NCBI GenBank assembly: GCA_003614675.1
Contig: ML002344.1
Location: forward strand, 1 to 39,998
Direction: 5' to 3'
Length of the DNA stretch: 39,998 bases
DNA from: Dimargaris cristalligena
Taxonomy: Eukaryota
In this document: piece by piece, positions 12,850 to 24,659 of the stretch
Layout of the letters: each line of letters starts with the position of its first letter
How positions within the stretch are numbered: position 1 is the stretch's first letter
The notes under the pieces: model-generated
Database searches by the model: none
What the model saw: only the letters and a program-made list of their open reading frames with translations
Told to the model about the DNA's origin: nothing
Made by a program: the position numbers and the translations under genes

Positions 12850-14007
12850 ATGGCCGATCCCCAACCCGAATATGTCGACCGGGCCAAGCAGATCCTGGCT
12901 CAAGACACCAAGGTGGTTCCCGAGTTTTGGGTCAAGAAGTACCGGCAGGAAGCTTCGAAGAACTGGTAAGGGACCTTACATTATCACCTAAAAAATAATA
13001 CGTTATTTGGCCAGACTGATAACCATCCCTAAGAGGTCTTTACTAACGCCCCATATATTCATTTGATAACCCCTCCCCCATTCCCTATCCCACCAAATAG
13101 GGATAAATTCTACAAGCGTAACACTACCAATTTCTTCAAAGACCGGCACTGGATTGAGCGGGAGTTTCATGAGCTCCAATCGCAAAATGGTAACGAGCAA
13201 AGCAAGTTGGTAAGACCACAGCCCAATTACAATGTTTCTATATATTTGGATATGGCATATATATCCAATTTTCAAAACGGGTATTTTCGAAGGATCACCA
13301 TGATATAGGAATTACCTGCAGAGAAAAACCAACACCGGCTAATCGATGTCTAACTTATTGGGTTTACGCTGCCTGTGTTTTTTTTTATATACCTTCACAC
13401 TTGTGGGGTGTCAACCATACCATGCGTATAATAGACCCTTTTGGAAGTCGGCTGCGGGGTCGGTAATTTCCTGTTTCCACTACTCGAATCCCACCCCAAC
13501 CTGTTCGTCTACGCCTGTGACTTTTCGTCGCGGGCAGTAGGTCTAGTCCAAGCCAACCCCCTCTACACGGCCTCCGACCGCTGCAAGGCCTTCGTGTGTG
13601 ACCTGACGCAGGACGCGTTAACCGACTCCGTCCCCCCCGCCACCGTGGATCTCATCTCGATGATTTTTGTACTGTCCGCCATTCCCCCCGAGAAAATGGA
13701 CCAGGCCGTCGCCAACGTATTCGCGGCGCTCCGGCCCGGGGGTAAAGTCCTGTTCCGGGACTACGGGCTTTACGATGCCGCCCAGCTCCGGTTCAAGAGT
13801 GGCAGCAAATTGGAGGATAACTTTTACGTGCGGCAGGACGGTACCATGGCGTATTATTTCAGCCGTGCGGAGCTCGAGGCCCTCTTCCGTCGGGCCGGGT
13901 TTGTACCCGAGATGGTGGATAATATTTTCCGTAAAACTACGAACGTCAAGCAAAACTTGGACGTGGATCGTATTTTTGTGCAGGCCAAATTCGTCAAACC
14001 ATTGTAA
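12850..14007 (+). CDS. METTL6: tRNA N3-methylcytidine (m3C32) methyltransferase, METTL6/METTL2/Trm140 family, ~265 aa, 3 exons
   Basis: Exons 12850-12965, 13101-13209 and 13435-14007. Motifs KNWDKFYKRNTTNFFKDRHWIEREF, LEVGCGVGN, YACDFS, IFVLSAI, LFRDYGLYD and YVRQDGT are family hallmarks. The short N-terminus and C-terminal RIFVQAKF favour the METTL6 subgroup. Confidence 0.93.
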
Positions 14008-14258
14008 ATAGAGACATATCTCCTTGGTATAAATACGCAGTGCCTGATATTATTTATTTTATTTTGCAAAAAACGAAGTAACTTTCGATTGAGCTGGTGT
14101 TCTTTTTTTAATATAATATAAATAAATATAACTATATAAAGGTGATTAGCTCAATTAAGGGAAACGCGAGACTTGCGAGGTTTCAAGACTAATCGCGGTG
14201 TGCGGAGGCTCTTCCAAATAACCGAAATAACTGGGCCTAAAGCGAGAAAAAGACGTAG

Positions 14259-16337
14259 TTAGGACAGCGCCAGGCAGGTTAGGCGACAGCCGGTCGTGTA
14301 GTTGGCTAACGGAGTTGGTGGCTCGGAGGTCGATGTTGTTTCACCAGTCGCTTGATCGTCGGCCAACAAGTCGTTGAAGTCCCAGAATTTAACCTTGCCA
14401 TCGGTAGAGATGGAAGTGACAATCGGGGTTGGTGACTTCTTGTCGGCCGTGGGGTGCTCTAGAGAAATGACTTGCAACGCCCGCACTCTGGATGGATGGA
14501 GTAGTTAAGCAATAAAATGGGTTGATAATTAGCCCACAGGAAATTGATAATAAGGTGTATCGGGTTAACCTCCCCTTCTCCCCCCTCCTCTCTCGTTTGT
14601 CGGCAATATGCCCAAACGTTTGATCGAATAGGAAACATAGGTCGATTATTGCCATTGGTGCACATGGCCGCAATCGGATACCAAGGTACGTCAGGAAAAC
14701 TTACCGAGCTTCGTGACAGATGGGCGATGCCCGGAGCTTGCCCGTGCTCATATCATAAATATGGATCCGTTTGTCGTCTCCGCCGCAGAGAAGGTACTCG
14801 GTGTCGGGATCATTGGGGTCAACCAAAGGATAGATGCAGTGGATACGCTTGGTCAATGGGATGTTGTGCAGAACCGACGCGTCCTGTAGATGGTGGAATT
14901 GTCAATGCAAAATCGGTAAAAAACTGAGTTAGTACTAGGATGGTAATTTGAAAAGAAACAAAAAGGGGGAGAGACCAAGCGATTGGTAAGTAGATTTCGA
15001 CTGCCCAAGATGTGTTTGGCATATCGTAATAACTACGCGTCCTCGCCCCGCCTCCCATTAATGTATCCTAATATTGGGGCATGTAAATGAAATACAACTG
15101 GGGTGTATTCAGCGCATAATTAAAAGTGATGTAGGATAATACTTGTATCCATTAACTTACCGCCACATTGTAAATGGTAATCTCGCGTTCGCTGAGGACG
15201 ACGTAGCGCTTGCCACTGGTGTCCCATTGGACAGCGAGACCCTCTTTGTATATCTTATTCACACTGGCTTTACGGCCAGTAAGGAGATTCCACAAGCGTA
15301 GGGTACGATCCTTCGACACGGACATGGCCAAACGACCGGTGGGGTGGACCGCCACATCATTAACGCGATCCCTAATTATGCAGCAATAATAAAGAAGACA
15401 CAGAGGATCGGTTCGGTAGACACCAAGTTAGAAATAGGTACTAATGAATCTGGTTTCAAGCAAATAGTTATATATATATATGGGAGAAGTTCATCCAGGC
15501 TGTATAATGAAAAATCCATTGGGTGAGGTCAATATTACTGGTTAAAAGCTATTCCCATATACATTTGCCGATACATGTATTATGTAAAACCCTATACAGC
15601 TGGTTCGAATTTCATCCATATGGTGTTGTATTATAGCAAAGCTCCCATCGTCGGGTGAGGTTTAAGTTAGCGACTTACTTGTGTCCTTTAAAAACAGTCA
15701 GACATTCCCAGTCCTTAGTCCGCCAAACCCGGATAGTCTGGTCCTCACTGGCGCTAATCATGTGGGTCTTGCTGAAGAAGCGAAGGGCGGTGATTGTACC
15801 GTTGTGTTGGAGAAGAGAGCCGATTTCCTTAAGACGCTTAGTATTAAACAGGCTGTAAAACAATGTATAAATGCAATAACCACGGACAAAGAAGGGGTTA
15901 GCAGGAATGGTTACGGTAAAAAAAAATGGACCAGGCATATTGACAATCTCTATCCCAAACTTGTATATATAAGATGATTTTATATAAGGCCGTTGGATTG
16001 CTTACTTTATGTTTTCATCAACACTACCAGTAACCAGGTGGGTTCGGGTGGAAGCCACCGCTGTAATAGAATTTCCGTGAGCGGGGAACCCGAAAATAAG
16101 GGACACTTTCAGCGCGGGCCGGTCGGTAGGGGATTCCGTCGTAGTCTCGGCCCATTCCGCTTTCAGACCGTACAAAAGTCGCTCATATGAGCCAACCGTG
16201 GCAATAAACGATGTCATGGGTTCGCTGTCCGGGCTGGTGGATGGGCTAGGCTCATCGATAGACTCCTTAATAGCGACGGGTTCAGGAGTGGGGGCGGCCG
16301 ACCCTTTGGAGAGCTTTACTTTCTTACTCGGGGGCAT
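14259..16337 (-). CDS. MAK11: WD40 60S ribosome biogenesis factor Mak11/PAK1IP1, ~374 aa, 5 exons
   Basis: Exons 16337-16006, 15852-15679, 15371-15161, 14883-14705 and 14487-14259 (1125 nt, in frame). Motifs VGSYERLLYG, KEIGSLLQHNGTITAL, FKGHKDRVNDVAVHPTGRLAMSVSKDRTLRLWNL and C-terminal GCRLTCL. Confidence 0.92.
15478..15621 (+). mobile_element. MITE-like element, copy 2 (144 bp), inside intron 2 of MAK11
   Basis: ATATGGGAGAAGTTCATCCAGGCTGTATAA...CTATACAGCTGGTTCGAATTTCATCCATAT. Lies within intron 15678-15372, next to a (TA)n run. Confidence 0.82.
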
Positions 16338-17196
16338 TGTTTTTTAGAATTATACAGGCGAGGAAATGTGGTGCGAGAGGTTTGAGGGGGAGGGGGGGTG
16401 AACTATATCAATATTACGAATAACTCAAGAATAGAAAACCTAAATGTGACCAATGGTGTGGACTTTGGTTCAACTGAAGGAATCGGGCGCATGAGCAAAA
16501 TGCTATATGGTACAGCATATTACTTTTTTTTTGCTTGACTTTCTAAAAGTATGGAAAATTTGGCCTGGCTCATATTTTCATAGTGGAGGATTTTTATAGG
16601 CAAAATAAGTGGGTGTAAAAATCACGTGCCTACTAATCGGATATTAAATGGGGGTGGTGGTGGGATAGAGTAGTATTAGTAAGTTCGGTTCAACTGCGAA
16701 ACCAAAAATACGCATACTGGGAGGTGGTATGCATTTGGACATCAGTCGATTTTTCCGAGTTTCACGCGTCCATTTCCTTCAATATCATCTAAACCGGGCT
16801 CAGTCTATCCATTTTGAACTGACTGCTTTGTGTAAATAAATTTGGGCCAAATATAATTTCTGCTCATAGCAATTCTAGTGTCGTTTGTTGAATATAAAAC
16901 CATTGAGAAGTCCAATGCCCCTGGATAGGGTTTTAAGCTGTGGATAAAAGGTGAGATTGGAAAAGAAATAGCCAATTCTTCAAAGACAGACCTAGGAAAA
17001 ATGTGACTTTCGTGTATAGTTAGACTGACCATGTGCAATTATTACATTTAATCCTATTATCTATCAACTAAAACAATGAGTTTTGGATAGAGACGACATT
17101 GAAATCCCCTGTAAATTTCAAGTACTATATTAATGCCGAATCATTACTAGGTCTGATTCATATAACTGCGGAGGTCTATAAGAATTTAAAGTTTAG

Positions 17197-17215
17197 AAAA
17201 TAAAAAATAAAAAAA
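17197..17215 (-). terminator. Pol III oligo(dT) terminator of the 5S gene
   Basis: TTTTTTTATTTTTTATTTT on the minus strand, starting at the 5S 3' end. Confidence 0.7.
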
Positions 17216-17331
17216 TTGTAGCACCAACTATTCCCAAGTGGTCACCCACCTCAGTACTAAATTGGCTGATATCCACTTAACTTCGCAGATCTAACGGGAT
17301 ACGGTGCAAACAGGTACATATGGCCACAACT
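17214..17331 (-). rRNA. 5S rRNA gene (single dispersed copy, variant)
   Basis: Reverse complement reads AGTTGTGGCCATATGTACCTGTTTGCACCGTATCCCGTTAGATCTGCGAAGTTAAGTGGATATCAGCCAATTTAGTACTGAGGTGGGTGACCACTTGGGAATAGTTGGTGCTACAATT. It folds by hand into helices I-V, has AGTTAAG (box A region), TAGTA loop E and GGGTGACC, and is followed by an oligo-T tract. Confidence 0.92.
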
Positions 17332-18279
17332 GAAAAAATTTAAATTAAACTAATTGTATTAACAATTCTTATATTACAACTAATTCGGGAGAAGTGACAG
17401 CATATTTTGGTATTGTTTAAGGACTCATGGCCAGGTCTATCAATTACCTAGAGCTCTGGTGTGCTTTAAATTCGAGAGGGACTAGTAAACTATTCATTCT
17501 ACCTATGAATCCCTACCGGTACCGTCAGTTGCTACTTTTACCAGATATATAGTATATATGCTTACCTGTTATGAGTGATACCACTACCGAAGATATATAT
17601 TTCAATGGTGATATCCGTTAGACATATATTATAATATGAGCATAGGGTAGTCCGATTGGATAATAGTAGTTCAAGAATGTTGGAAAGCTGTACGTTCCTA
17701 AAAGATTCATCTTAATCATGATATTGGCACTAGAGAGTGGAGTTTAGTTTCTCACATATGGTCAGCCGGTGGTGGTAGAACACGTCGGTAGACTAACTTG
17801 CGGCAAGCAGATATTATCTATACCTTCCTGCTAACCGCCGGAATATTGCAACCGCGGCAATATTTAATGGGTAGACTATCTTCGCGGCTCCGCTAACACT
17901 GATAAGTACGGATGACGTCGTTTTAGGACTTATCGATGCCACTTGGAGAAATAAAATGCGGTCATGGTACGTCTTTATTGGTGGGAACGGTAGTATACTC
18001 ACAGTAAAAGCATCATCCAGTGACGCTGGGTTACATGCTCGTGTTTATGTACTGGTTTTGGCGCCCAAGCGGATGGTTCGGAAGCTCATGGCTGCTCCAT
18101 TCAACTCAGTACCTCCGCATAAACGTAGGTCTCACCTCGTTTTTCTTCTCAATGCCCTTGGCAATTGTCTTACCCTTTTAATACTTCTTGGTTTGTTTCT
18201 TCGCATTAGCTGCACTCACCATTCTAGTCGTTCGAGCTGATTCAAAGACACCAGGCCCCTCATTTCACCACCCTACACT

Positions 18280-20291
18280 ATGCAGCCCCCCACTGAACAA
18301 CTGGTCGATAAAGAGAGTAAGGCCGAGGCCAACAAACTGGAAACGACGGGTAACGAAACCACGATGAACCTCAACAACATTGTGTATCAGAACATTCAAT
18401 CCTCCCCGTACTTCAAATCCTTATAGTAAGTTTCCAGGTCCCATTTCAAATCGGTATAGTGATGTGAATGGAACCCGACTGCTGCACTTATGGGTGAGCG
18501 TAACGTGGGCTAGCTTATGGAAATATCCTTCACCCCAGCCCCCTATGAGCTTATTGTCTGTTTGGATAGTTACTTACTCATCTAGCTAATCACACTGTGT
18601 GATTTTTATTTTGGTCGCCGGTTGTTATTTGATTACCAGTGAGTTTAAAACATACCATGAAATTATCGATGAGGTTTATAACCGAGGTAAGTGCATACAA
18701 TAATACCTAGGCGTATTGGGGGACGGAGGCTCACAGTCTATTCTGGTGCGGCTAGTCTAGTGTCCAAGTGTAGTTCGCTAATCCATTTGCAGTATACTAG
18801 TCACTTTAGTTCCTTGGTAGTGACTGGTTGAATAACCCAATGTTTCTTGGTTTTTGCTACTATTTCTCTATGACGTATTTCTTTATTCCCAGTGGAGTCC
18901 CTAGGTAGGTGACGAACGTCCGCGGTCTCTCTTATTTCTTTCTCCGATACCTCGCGAATCCTCTGTATTTGGCGTACCAGGGCAGTAAGGGCCTTTTCCA
19001 TGAATGTCATATCGACTGTGTTTTCCTGATAACTCCACTAAAGGTAGAGGGGGTATCTTTACCATCCATCCCCCCTTGCGGATCTGAAGGGACTAAAGTG
19101 TCGAGCAATAACCCTTATCAAGTGGTATGGTCCACACCCGAACCTATTTATCGAGCCTATTTCCTAGTGCTATTATTGGCTAATTGGTTACACTCCCTGG
19201 TCAATAGATCCATTCTTAAAGGGAACCACCGCCTCGTCAGCGTTCTGTCTTCTCTACAAGCTATGGACCTTGCGACTTACCGTCAAACAGATCAATGGTC
19301 TCCTCAACCACCCCGACTCTCCGTAAGTATATTCGGATATCTTCTACTCTTATCAAACTTTTCTAGCCACAGTGAGCCAGGGTCAACATGGCCCCATCTT
19401 CATACCCATAGCGTTGATGACTGCCGTATTAATTTCCATACGGGTTTCCTTTACTATTATTTACTGTTACTGCACTGTGCCCTTTAATTAGTTATATTCG
19501 AGGACTGGGTCTGCTGTACCTTCGTTACGTGTGTAAACCCGTTAAGCTCTGGGATTGGTTCGAGCCATTTCTTGATGATCGCGAAGAAATTGTAATTCAG
19601 AATGGCGCACCGGCTAAGTATGTCCTCTCTCTTTAGTTTCCAATAAGTGCACCTAAGGTTCGTTGCGCACCATTCCCAAACCCTACCCGAGTCCAAGTGC
19701 CCACTAGTTTCAACGTATAGACTAAATGGCCAACTTAACCAACCTTATTAACTGTTATTTTTATATATTTAATGACCAACTATCTCGATCGACTACGCTA
19801 TCCCACTATATAGAACCATCGGCCAATTCTGTCATCAACTTTTAACGGAGTTGAAATATAGTGGAACATTACTCCCTCGTATCCCGGTCCCCATTGCCCG
19901 CACTATTGAAGAGAAGCTCGCGGCGCGCCGAGGGAGTGGGAGTCGTGATCAAAGGGCCGAGTCTCGCAGCCACCATAGCCGAGGGAGACGTTCGCCAGCC
20001 CGTCATGAACGATCACCGCCACGTTCCCGTAGCCCTTCGCACCGGTACCGTGGACGTGAACCAGCCCGTCGGCACGACCGCTCCCGGAGTCCGAGACATA
20101 GCTATAGACCCAGTCGAAACCGTAGCCGCAGTCGGGATCGGTATGCCCATGATCGTCGTTCTTACGGATCTAGTCGCTCAAGTTACGACCGGCGTGAACG
20201 GTCTCGAGATTGGCATACCAGCCAGCACCACCCCAGACGGTCCTCCCCACCTGAAGGAGATGGGTCAGAAGATGGTCAGATTCTTGATTAA
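18280..20291 (+). CDS. PRPF38B: PRP38B-type (PRPF38B/SRL1-like) splicing factor with C-terminal RS-rich domain, ~307 aa, 6 exons
   Basis: Exons 18280-18425, 18640-18686, 18893-18904, 19208-19322, 19492-19617 and 19814-20291 (924 nt). Motifs GNETTMNLNNIVYQNIQSSPYFK, KTYHEIIDEVY, SAFCLLYKLWTLRLTVKQINGLLNHPDSPYIRGLGLLYLRY and TLLPRIPVPI, followed by RS/RD repeats. Confidence 0.9.
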
Positions 20292-21012
20292 TCGGAGCTA
20301 CCTTTTTATCCATCCTATATTAGCGGTTGACTGCTATAGGCTGGGGTCAACTTGGGATCTTCTTGATATCCCCCGAGAAAATAGGTGTTGTATAGACCTC
20401 ACTATAGGTTTCCCACAGCACGCCTAATCGTATACTAGCGTTAGTCCAACTTAAAATTGCCTTATAAAGGGAATTAAGATCGCATGATTATGTTAGCAAA
20501 ATAAAGAATATTCCACCTGAAATTAAATTAATATTCACTACCCTTTCCTTAATAGTAGTGTATTATAGATAGCCGATTTATGTACCCCAATTCGTGTAGC
20601 TTTTCCTAGTATTATCAACCGGGAGTTCCACCGTTATTCGCTAACCATGTATAGTACATTCAGTGATAAGTCGCGGGGGGCTTCGCTATCATCCACCCCA
20701 TATACTTGAAGTACGCATTCTTATATGTTTTTCTGCGTTCCCGTTAACCTCTGAGACTATAGCTCGGTAGAGCTTTATAATTGATGTAGACATGGCCTTC
20801 TTGATATCTTTAACGAAGTTGTCCTATTTTTTTTAAAAAAAATGCTTTAGTCGTTGCATTATCCTTTCTAGTCAGTATCGTTGTATATCTTATACTCAGG
20901 GGCAGCGACGGGTGTCCAAATTAATAGTCATGAGACATCGCAAATGATTTACCAACCACCCTTGTAAGCCGGACAATTTACGAGTTGCCACCACTTCGAG
21001 GCTTACATACAT

Positions 21013-21156
21013 ATATGGAAGAGATTCAGCCAGCCAGTATAGCAAAAAATATGGTTGATGAACCCGATTTTACTGGTTAAAAATAAATGTTAGGTATATT
21101 TCTCCATACACATAACATTAATTAACTCGTACGGCTGGACTAAATTTTACCCTAAT
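21013..21156 (+). mobile_element. MITE-like element, copy 3 (144 bp, more diverged)
   Basis: ATATGGAAGAGATTCAGCCAGCCAGTATAG...TTACTGGTTAAAA...CGTACGGCTGGACTAAATTTTACCCTAAT. Same length and internal landmarks as the other copies. Confidence 0.65.
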
Positions 21157-22813
21157 ACATGAAAATGGCGACCTTATAGTCTAATGAGATCGCCCTTTGG
21201 TATGCTAGCCAAGTCAATAAGTTTGTAAAGCGGGAGCCTCATAAACAAAAACAGAAAAAAATATGATCCAAAATGCCTCGCGGGGGACACAATGGGCAGG
21301 GTGTTATCGATGTATTACATGTTGGAAATATAAGTTTGATGGTAAACGCAAGTGCCTTCAGATACAACTAAAACAATTTAAAGAAGAGAGAAAGAACCGC
21401 AAGGGGCAAGGCTAGATGCCCGCGGTAGGTTTTATTGAGTTGGAATTAGTAGTAATAATGACTAGGACGAAGTCCCGGGTATAGAATGATATAGTAAAGA
21501 TTAGAATATAGTCCCGAGTATAGGACGAGCCAATCAGAGTAAAGGAATTGGTGGGACGGGGGAAATGAATTTCCAACATTACACTGTCATACCAAGGGAG
21601 GAGAGGGAGGGGCATAGGGATGCTTAGATTTGAACGGAACCTAGTGAAAAAATATGGAACGGATCAAAACTATTGGTCTAAATATTATGAACAAGGGGGC
21701 TTGTTAGGGATATATTCAAGGACGAACTACCAGAGGGCAAAATGTTGACTGGATACTATTAGAATTGTGCTATGAAAGGTATTGCCAGTTCGAACTCAAT
21801 GCCTGTGTTTTCATTCGCGCGTTTATTGACAGTTCAATGTCTGTATCATCGAAATCCTTTATCGATACCTTTGTAGTGCGACAATGGTTGAGTTTCTAGA
21901 CCACTTAGAGCTGCCTGATGCGCAGCTGTATTGCATGGGAAGCCGCCTTGTATAACATGGCGGTATACCTTCGGTCCACTAGCGGTAAATAGAGAGTCTG
22001 ATAGTCCCCAGATCTAAGTACCATTGCAAATACATACTTGTTGATGGGCAGCTATTCGAAAACATACTAAGCGAAAAAAAAAAGAATACGCAGGAAATGA
22101 TATGTTGCTGCTTGCAAATCGGGCCTATCCTTCCCGATACAGTCCGTTTATTTAATCATACGGTTGCCCCACAAAGCGATGTGCTTTCAAAAAATTTTAT
22201 TCTTGCTTCAGCATTTTGGCTGCTTACTCGTGGTTTATCTCGGCCCTACGGACTTTGTTGACTTGCAGACTCATTGGCACACTTATACAGCCAGTGTATC
22301 GATCGATAGTATTTCCATTACTACCGCGTCCCTTCCCCCCCCCGTTCCCTTCGTCGCAATCACCGGTTTCGATATATATGTCAACATATTGGGCGGTTGG
22401 AATCGCTTTACTAGGCTGTTTGCAGGAGCTTGAGGCCAGGCCCGGTCGCGTTTCTTCCCCGGTACCCACGAAAAGGCTTAAACCCATGTCGCTCAATTTC
22501 ATTATCAACGATTATCGTGCACCTACCGGCTCGCCAGCCAGACTAAGATGGTCTCAGTACCCTCACAACACTCGTCCAGTTCTTACCAGTACAAATGAAA
22601 TGAACACCTCTTTGTCGGCGAGGGGCGATGGCGTAGCCTCCAGACCGAGTGATGGCAATCCCAACAGCAACAACTACACCGGCAATGGCGAAGTACGGGC
22701 CATGGCTGACAGTGGTGCACCAAGTGATGGCGGAGTTCTCGCCCAGGACAAGCCCTCCACCTCAAGCTGGCGCAATAGTAGTATGGGAAACGCTATTGCT
22801 TTACTTGTAAGAA

Positions 22814-23293
22814 ATGGTTATTAGCTGGTATCAACGACGGCGCCCCCATAACCCGAGCCATGGGACTTTCGAAGCCCATCCGTGTACCAAGTGTGAAAAT
22901 ATATATGTCCGTCCTCCAGCCCTGAAAAGCCATTACGACTACATCCATCGACCAATCAAATGCCCTAAGTGCCAACATATACTTAAGAGCCGCCGGTCAT
23001 TTTACATCCACGCTAAGGGGGTATGCAGTAGGCCTTTTAAATGTACTAAATGTTCTAAGCAATTCACCCGGGAGGTTCATTTAAATGCACACAACTCGAG
23101 ACCATGTGATACGCCCACGTACGATTGTCCGGATTGTGGAATAGAGAGCGTACGCCCTTCGGATTACCGTAGACACCGATTTGGAACTGGAAACAAGTCA
23201 GGTACTGTTGATCCATGCCAATACTGTCCCGAGGCATTCACGTCTAGATGTCAACAAATCAAGCACATATGTCCTGAGATGAACAATAAATAA
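22814..23293 (+). CDS. C2H2/C2HC zinc-finger protein (five finger-like units); true N-terminus possibly at 22486 in another frame
   Basis: CTKC...H...H, CPKC...H...C, PFKCTKCSKQF...L..H...C, YDCPDC...H and CQYC...F...H repeats. Confidence 0.7.
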   Translation: MVISWYQRRRPHNPSHGTFEAHPCTKCENIYVRPPALKSHYDYIHRPIKCPKCQHILKSRRSFYIHAKGVCSRPFKCTKCSKQFTREVHLNAHNSRPCDTPTYDCPDCGIESVRPSDYRRHRFGTGNKSGTVDPCQYCPEAFTSRCQQIKHICPEMNNK

Positions 23294-23638
23294 AATATTA
23301 GATTCGTAAATTTACCCAGTATTGCAGTGCAGGTGGTTTTGATGAGTAGATTAAAGGAAATGGTCAATAAAAAATAATAAAACTAGTCCATTAATGGGTT
23401 TAATAAGACGGTAACATGGGTACCAAGATACATTTTCAGAATGCTATTTCAGGGATTGGAGAACTCTGACATCACGGTTGTTAGTTGCAAGCTTCAAGTG
23501 GGAGGTCGGGATACATTGCCGGAATAATTCACTGTTGCCTTTAAAACTGCCAGTGGCTAAGAACTGTAATGTTTGTCAGATTAAAAGAGTTCAACTTTGA
23601 GGCACATGGGCCCATGCGTAACTTATATAGGGGATTGG

Positions 23639-23710
23639 ATATGATATAGGTTCAACCAGGCTGTATAGCAAATAGTCCATTCGATGGGGCAAGGTCCTGT
23701 GGTCTAAAAT
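23639..23710 (+). mobile_element. Truncated left half of the MITE-like element
   Basis: ATATGATATAGGTTCAACCAGGCTGTATAGCAAATAGTCCATTCGATGGGGC...TGGTCTAAAAT matches the left TIR and the first internal segment. No right TIR seen. Confidence 0.55.
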
Positions 23711-23922
23711 GTAGAGATTATATATATATCAGCGTCACAGTTACCGCTTAACAATGGGTCCCCATAAAATAAGTATGGAACTATAAGGTTGAACCATCCA
23801 AGAAATTTATTAAAGAATGGTAAGCACCCGCTTTCTCAGGAGTCCAAATTTTGGCTTCTCAAGTAAAAACATGAAAATGGGATGGGGAGGACTGGGCCTC
23901 ATTGGCGACAGTGGTAAAACTA

Positions 23923-24066
23923 ATATGAGTGAAGTTCATCCAGGCTGTAAAACGAAAAATCCTTTAGATGGTGCCAATATTCCTAGTTAAAAGGTGTTCT
24001 CCTTCATATTCTTCTATACATGTTTTAGGTAAGACTTTATACAGCTGGTTTAAATTTCACCCATAT
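23923..24066 (+). mobile_element. MITE-like element, copy 4 (144 bp)
   Basis: ATATGAGTGAAGTTCATCCAGGCTGTAAAA...TTATACAGCTGGTTTAAATTTCACCCATAT. Confidence 0.82.
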
Positions 24067-24659
24067 TCTTGGTGGAGTTATTTCACGTATACGGCTGTGA
24101 AAGTGTACAGTAATACATCTCGGCTATGAATTCACTGAATTACTATATTAACAATTATTTGGATTGGAAGTGAAATCTTAGCCAATTAATACTGGCTTAG
24201 CAAACTGGGGTTTCCCTTTACAGCTGGACGGAACCACTTTCATGTGAGCTATAGTAGGAATCAAAGTGTAAGTGTACTGGCAGTGTCTTATTTGTTGTAA
24301 TATAAAGACGTAGTAATAAAACTGAAAGTAAAGGAAGAAAGCAGCTAGAGGACGGTAGGTACCTCTAAGTAGTTAGTTTTATTGGTTAGTATAATCGGTA
24401 GTGCGAGCTATACAGGGGCTCCAAACAGTGTATTGATGTTTTGCACCTTTGGATTTAAAGGGTGATTACAGCGAAAACTAAACTAACTGTAACTAGGTGA
24501 ATAGCAAATTTCTTAGCAATATTTATTTAAAAAATGAGGAAGGCCTCAAAATTCAAAGGCAGTGGCCACCGCGGGGCCTAAACAGTTACAAGCAATCATA
24601 ATAATAGCTTAGTGACTGGGGTTGGCGGAAGCGCAGTTTGAAGCTAGTCCGGGATTTTG

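Noticed and set aside
18909-19487. 192-aa ORF inside PRP38B
   Set aside because: Spans introns, overlaps exon 4 out of frame, has a non-ATG start and no motifs.
19861-20427. 188-aa ORF overlapping the RS domain
   Set aside because: Alternative frame of a GC-rich, stop-poor repetitive exon.
20757-20775. TAGCTCGGTAGAGC resembles a tRNA D-arm/A-box
   Set aside because: No acceptor stem, anticodon arm or GTTCRA T-loop at suitable spacing.
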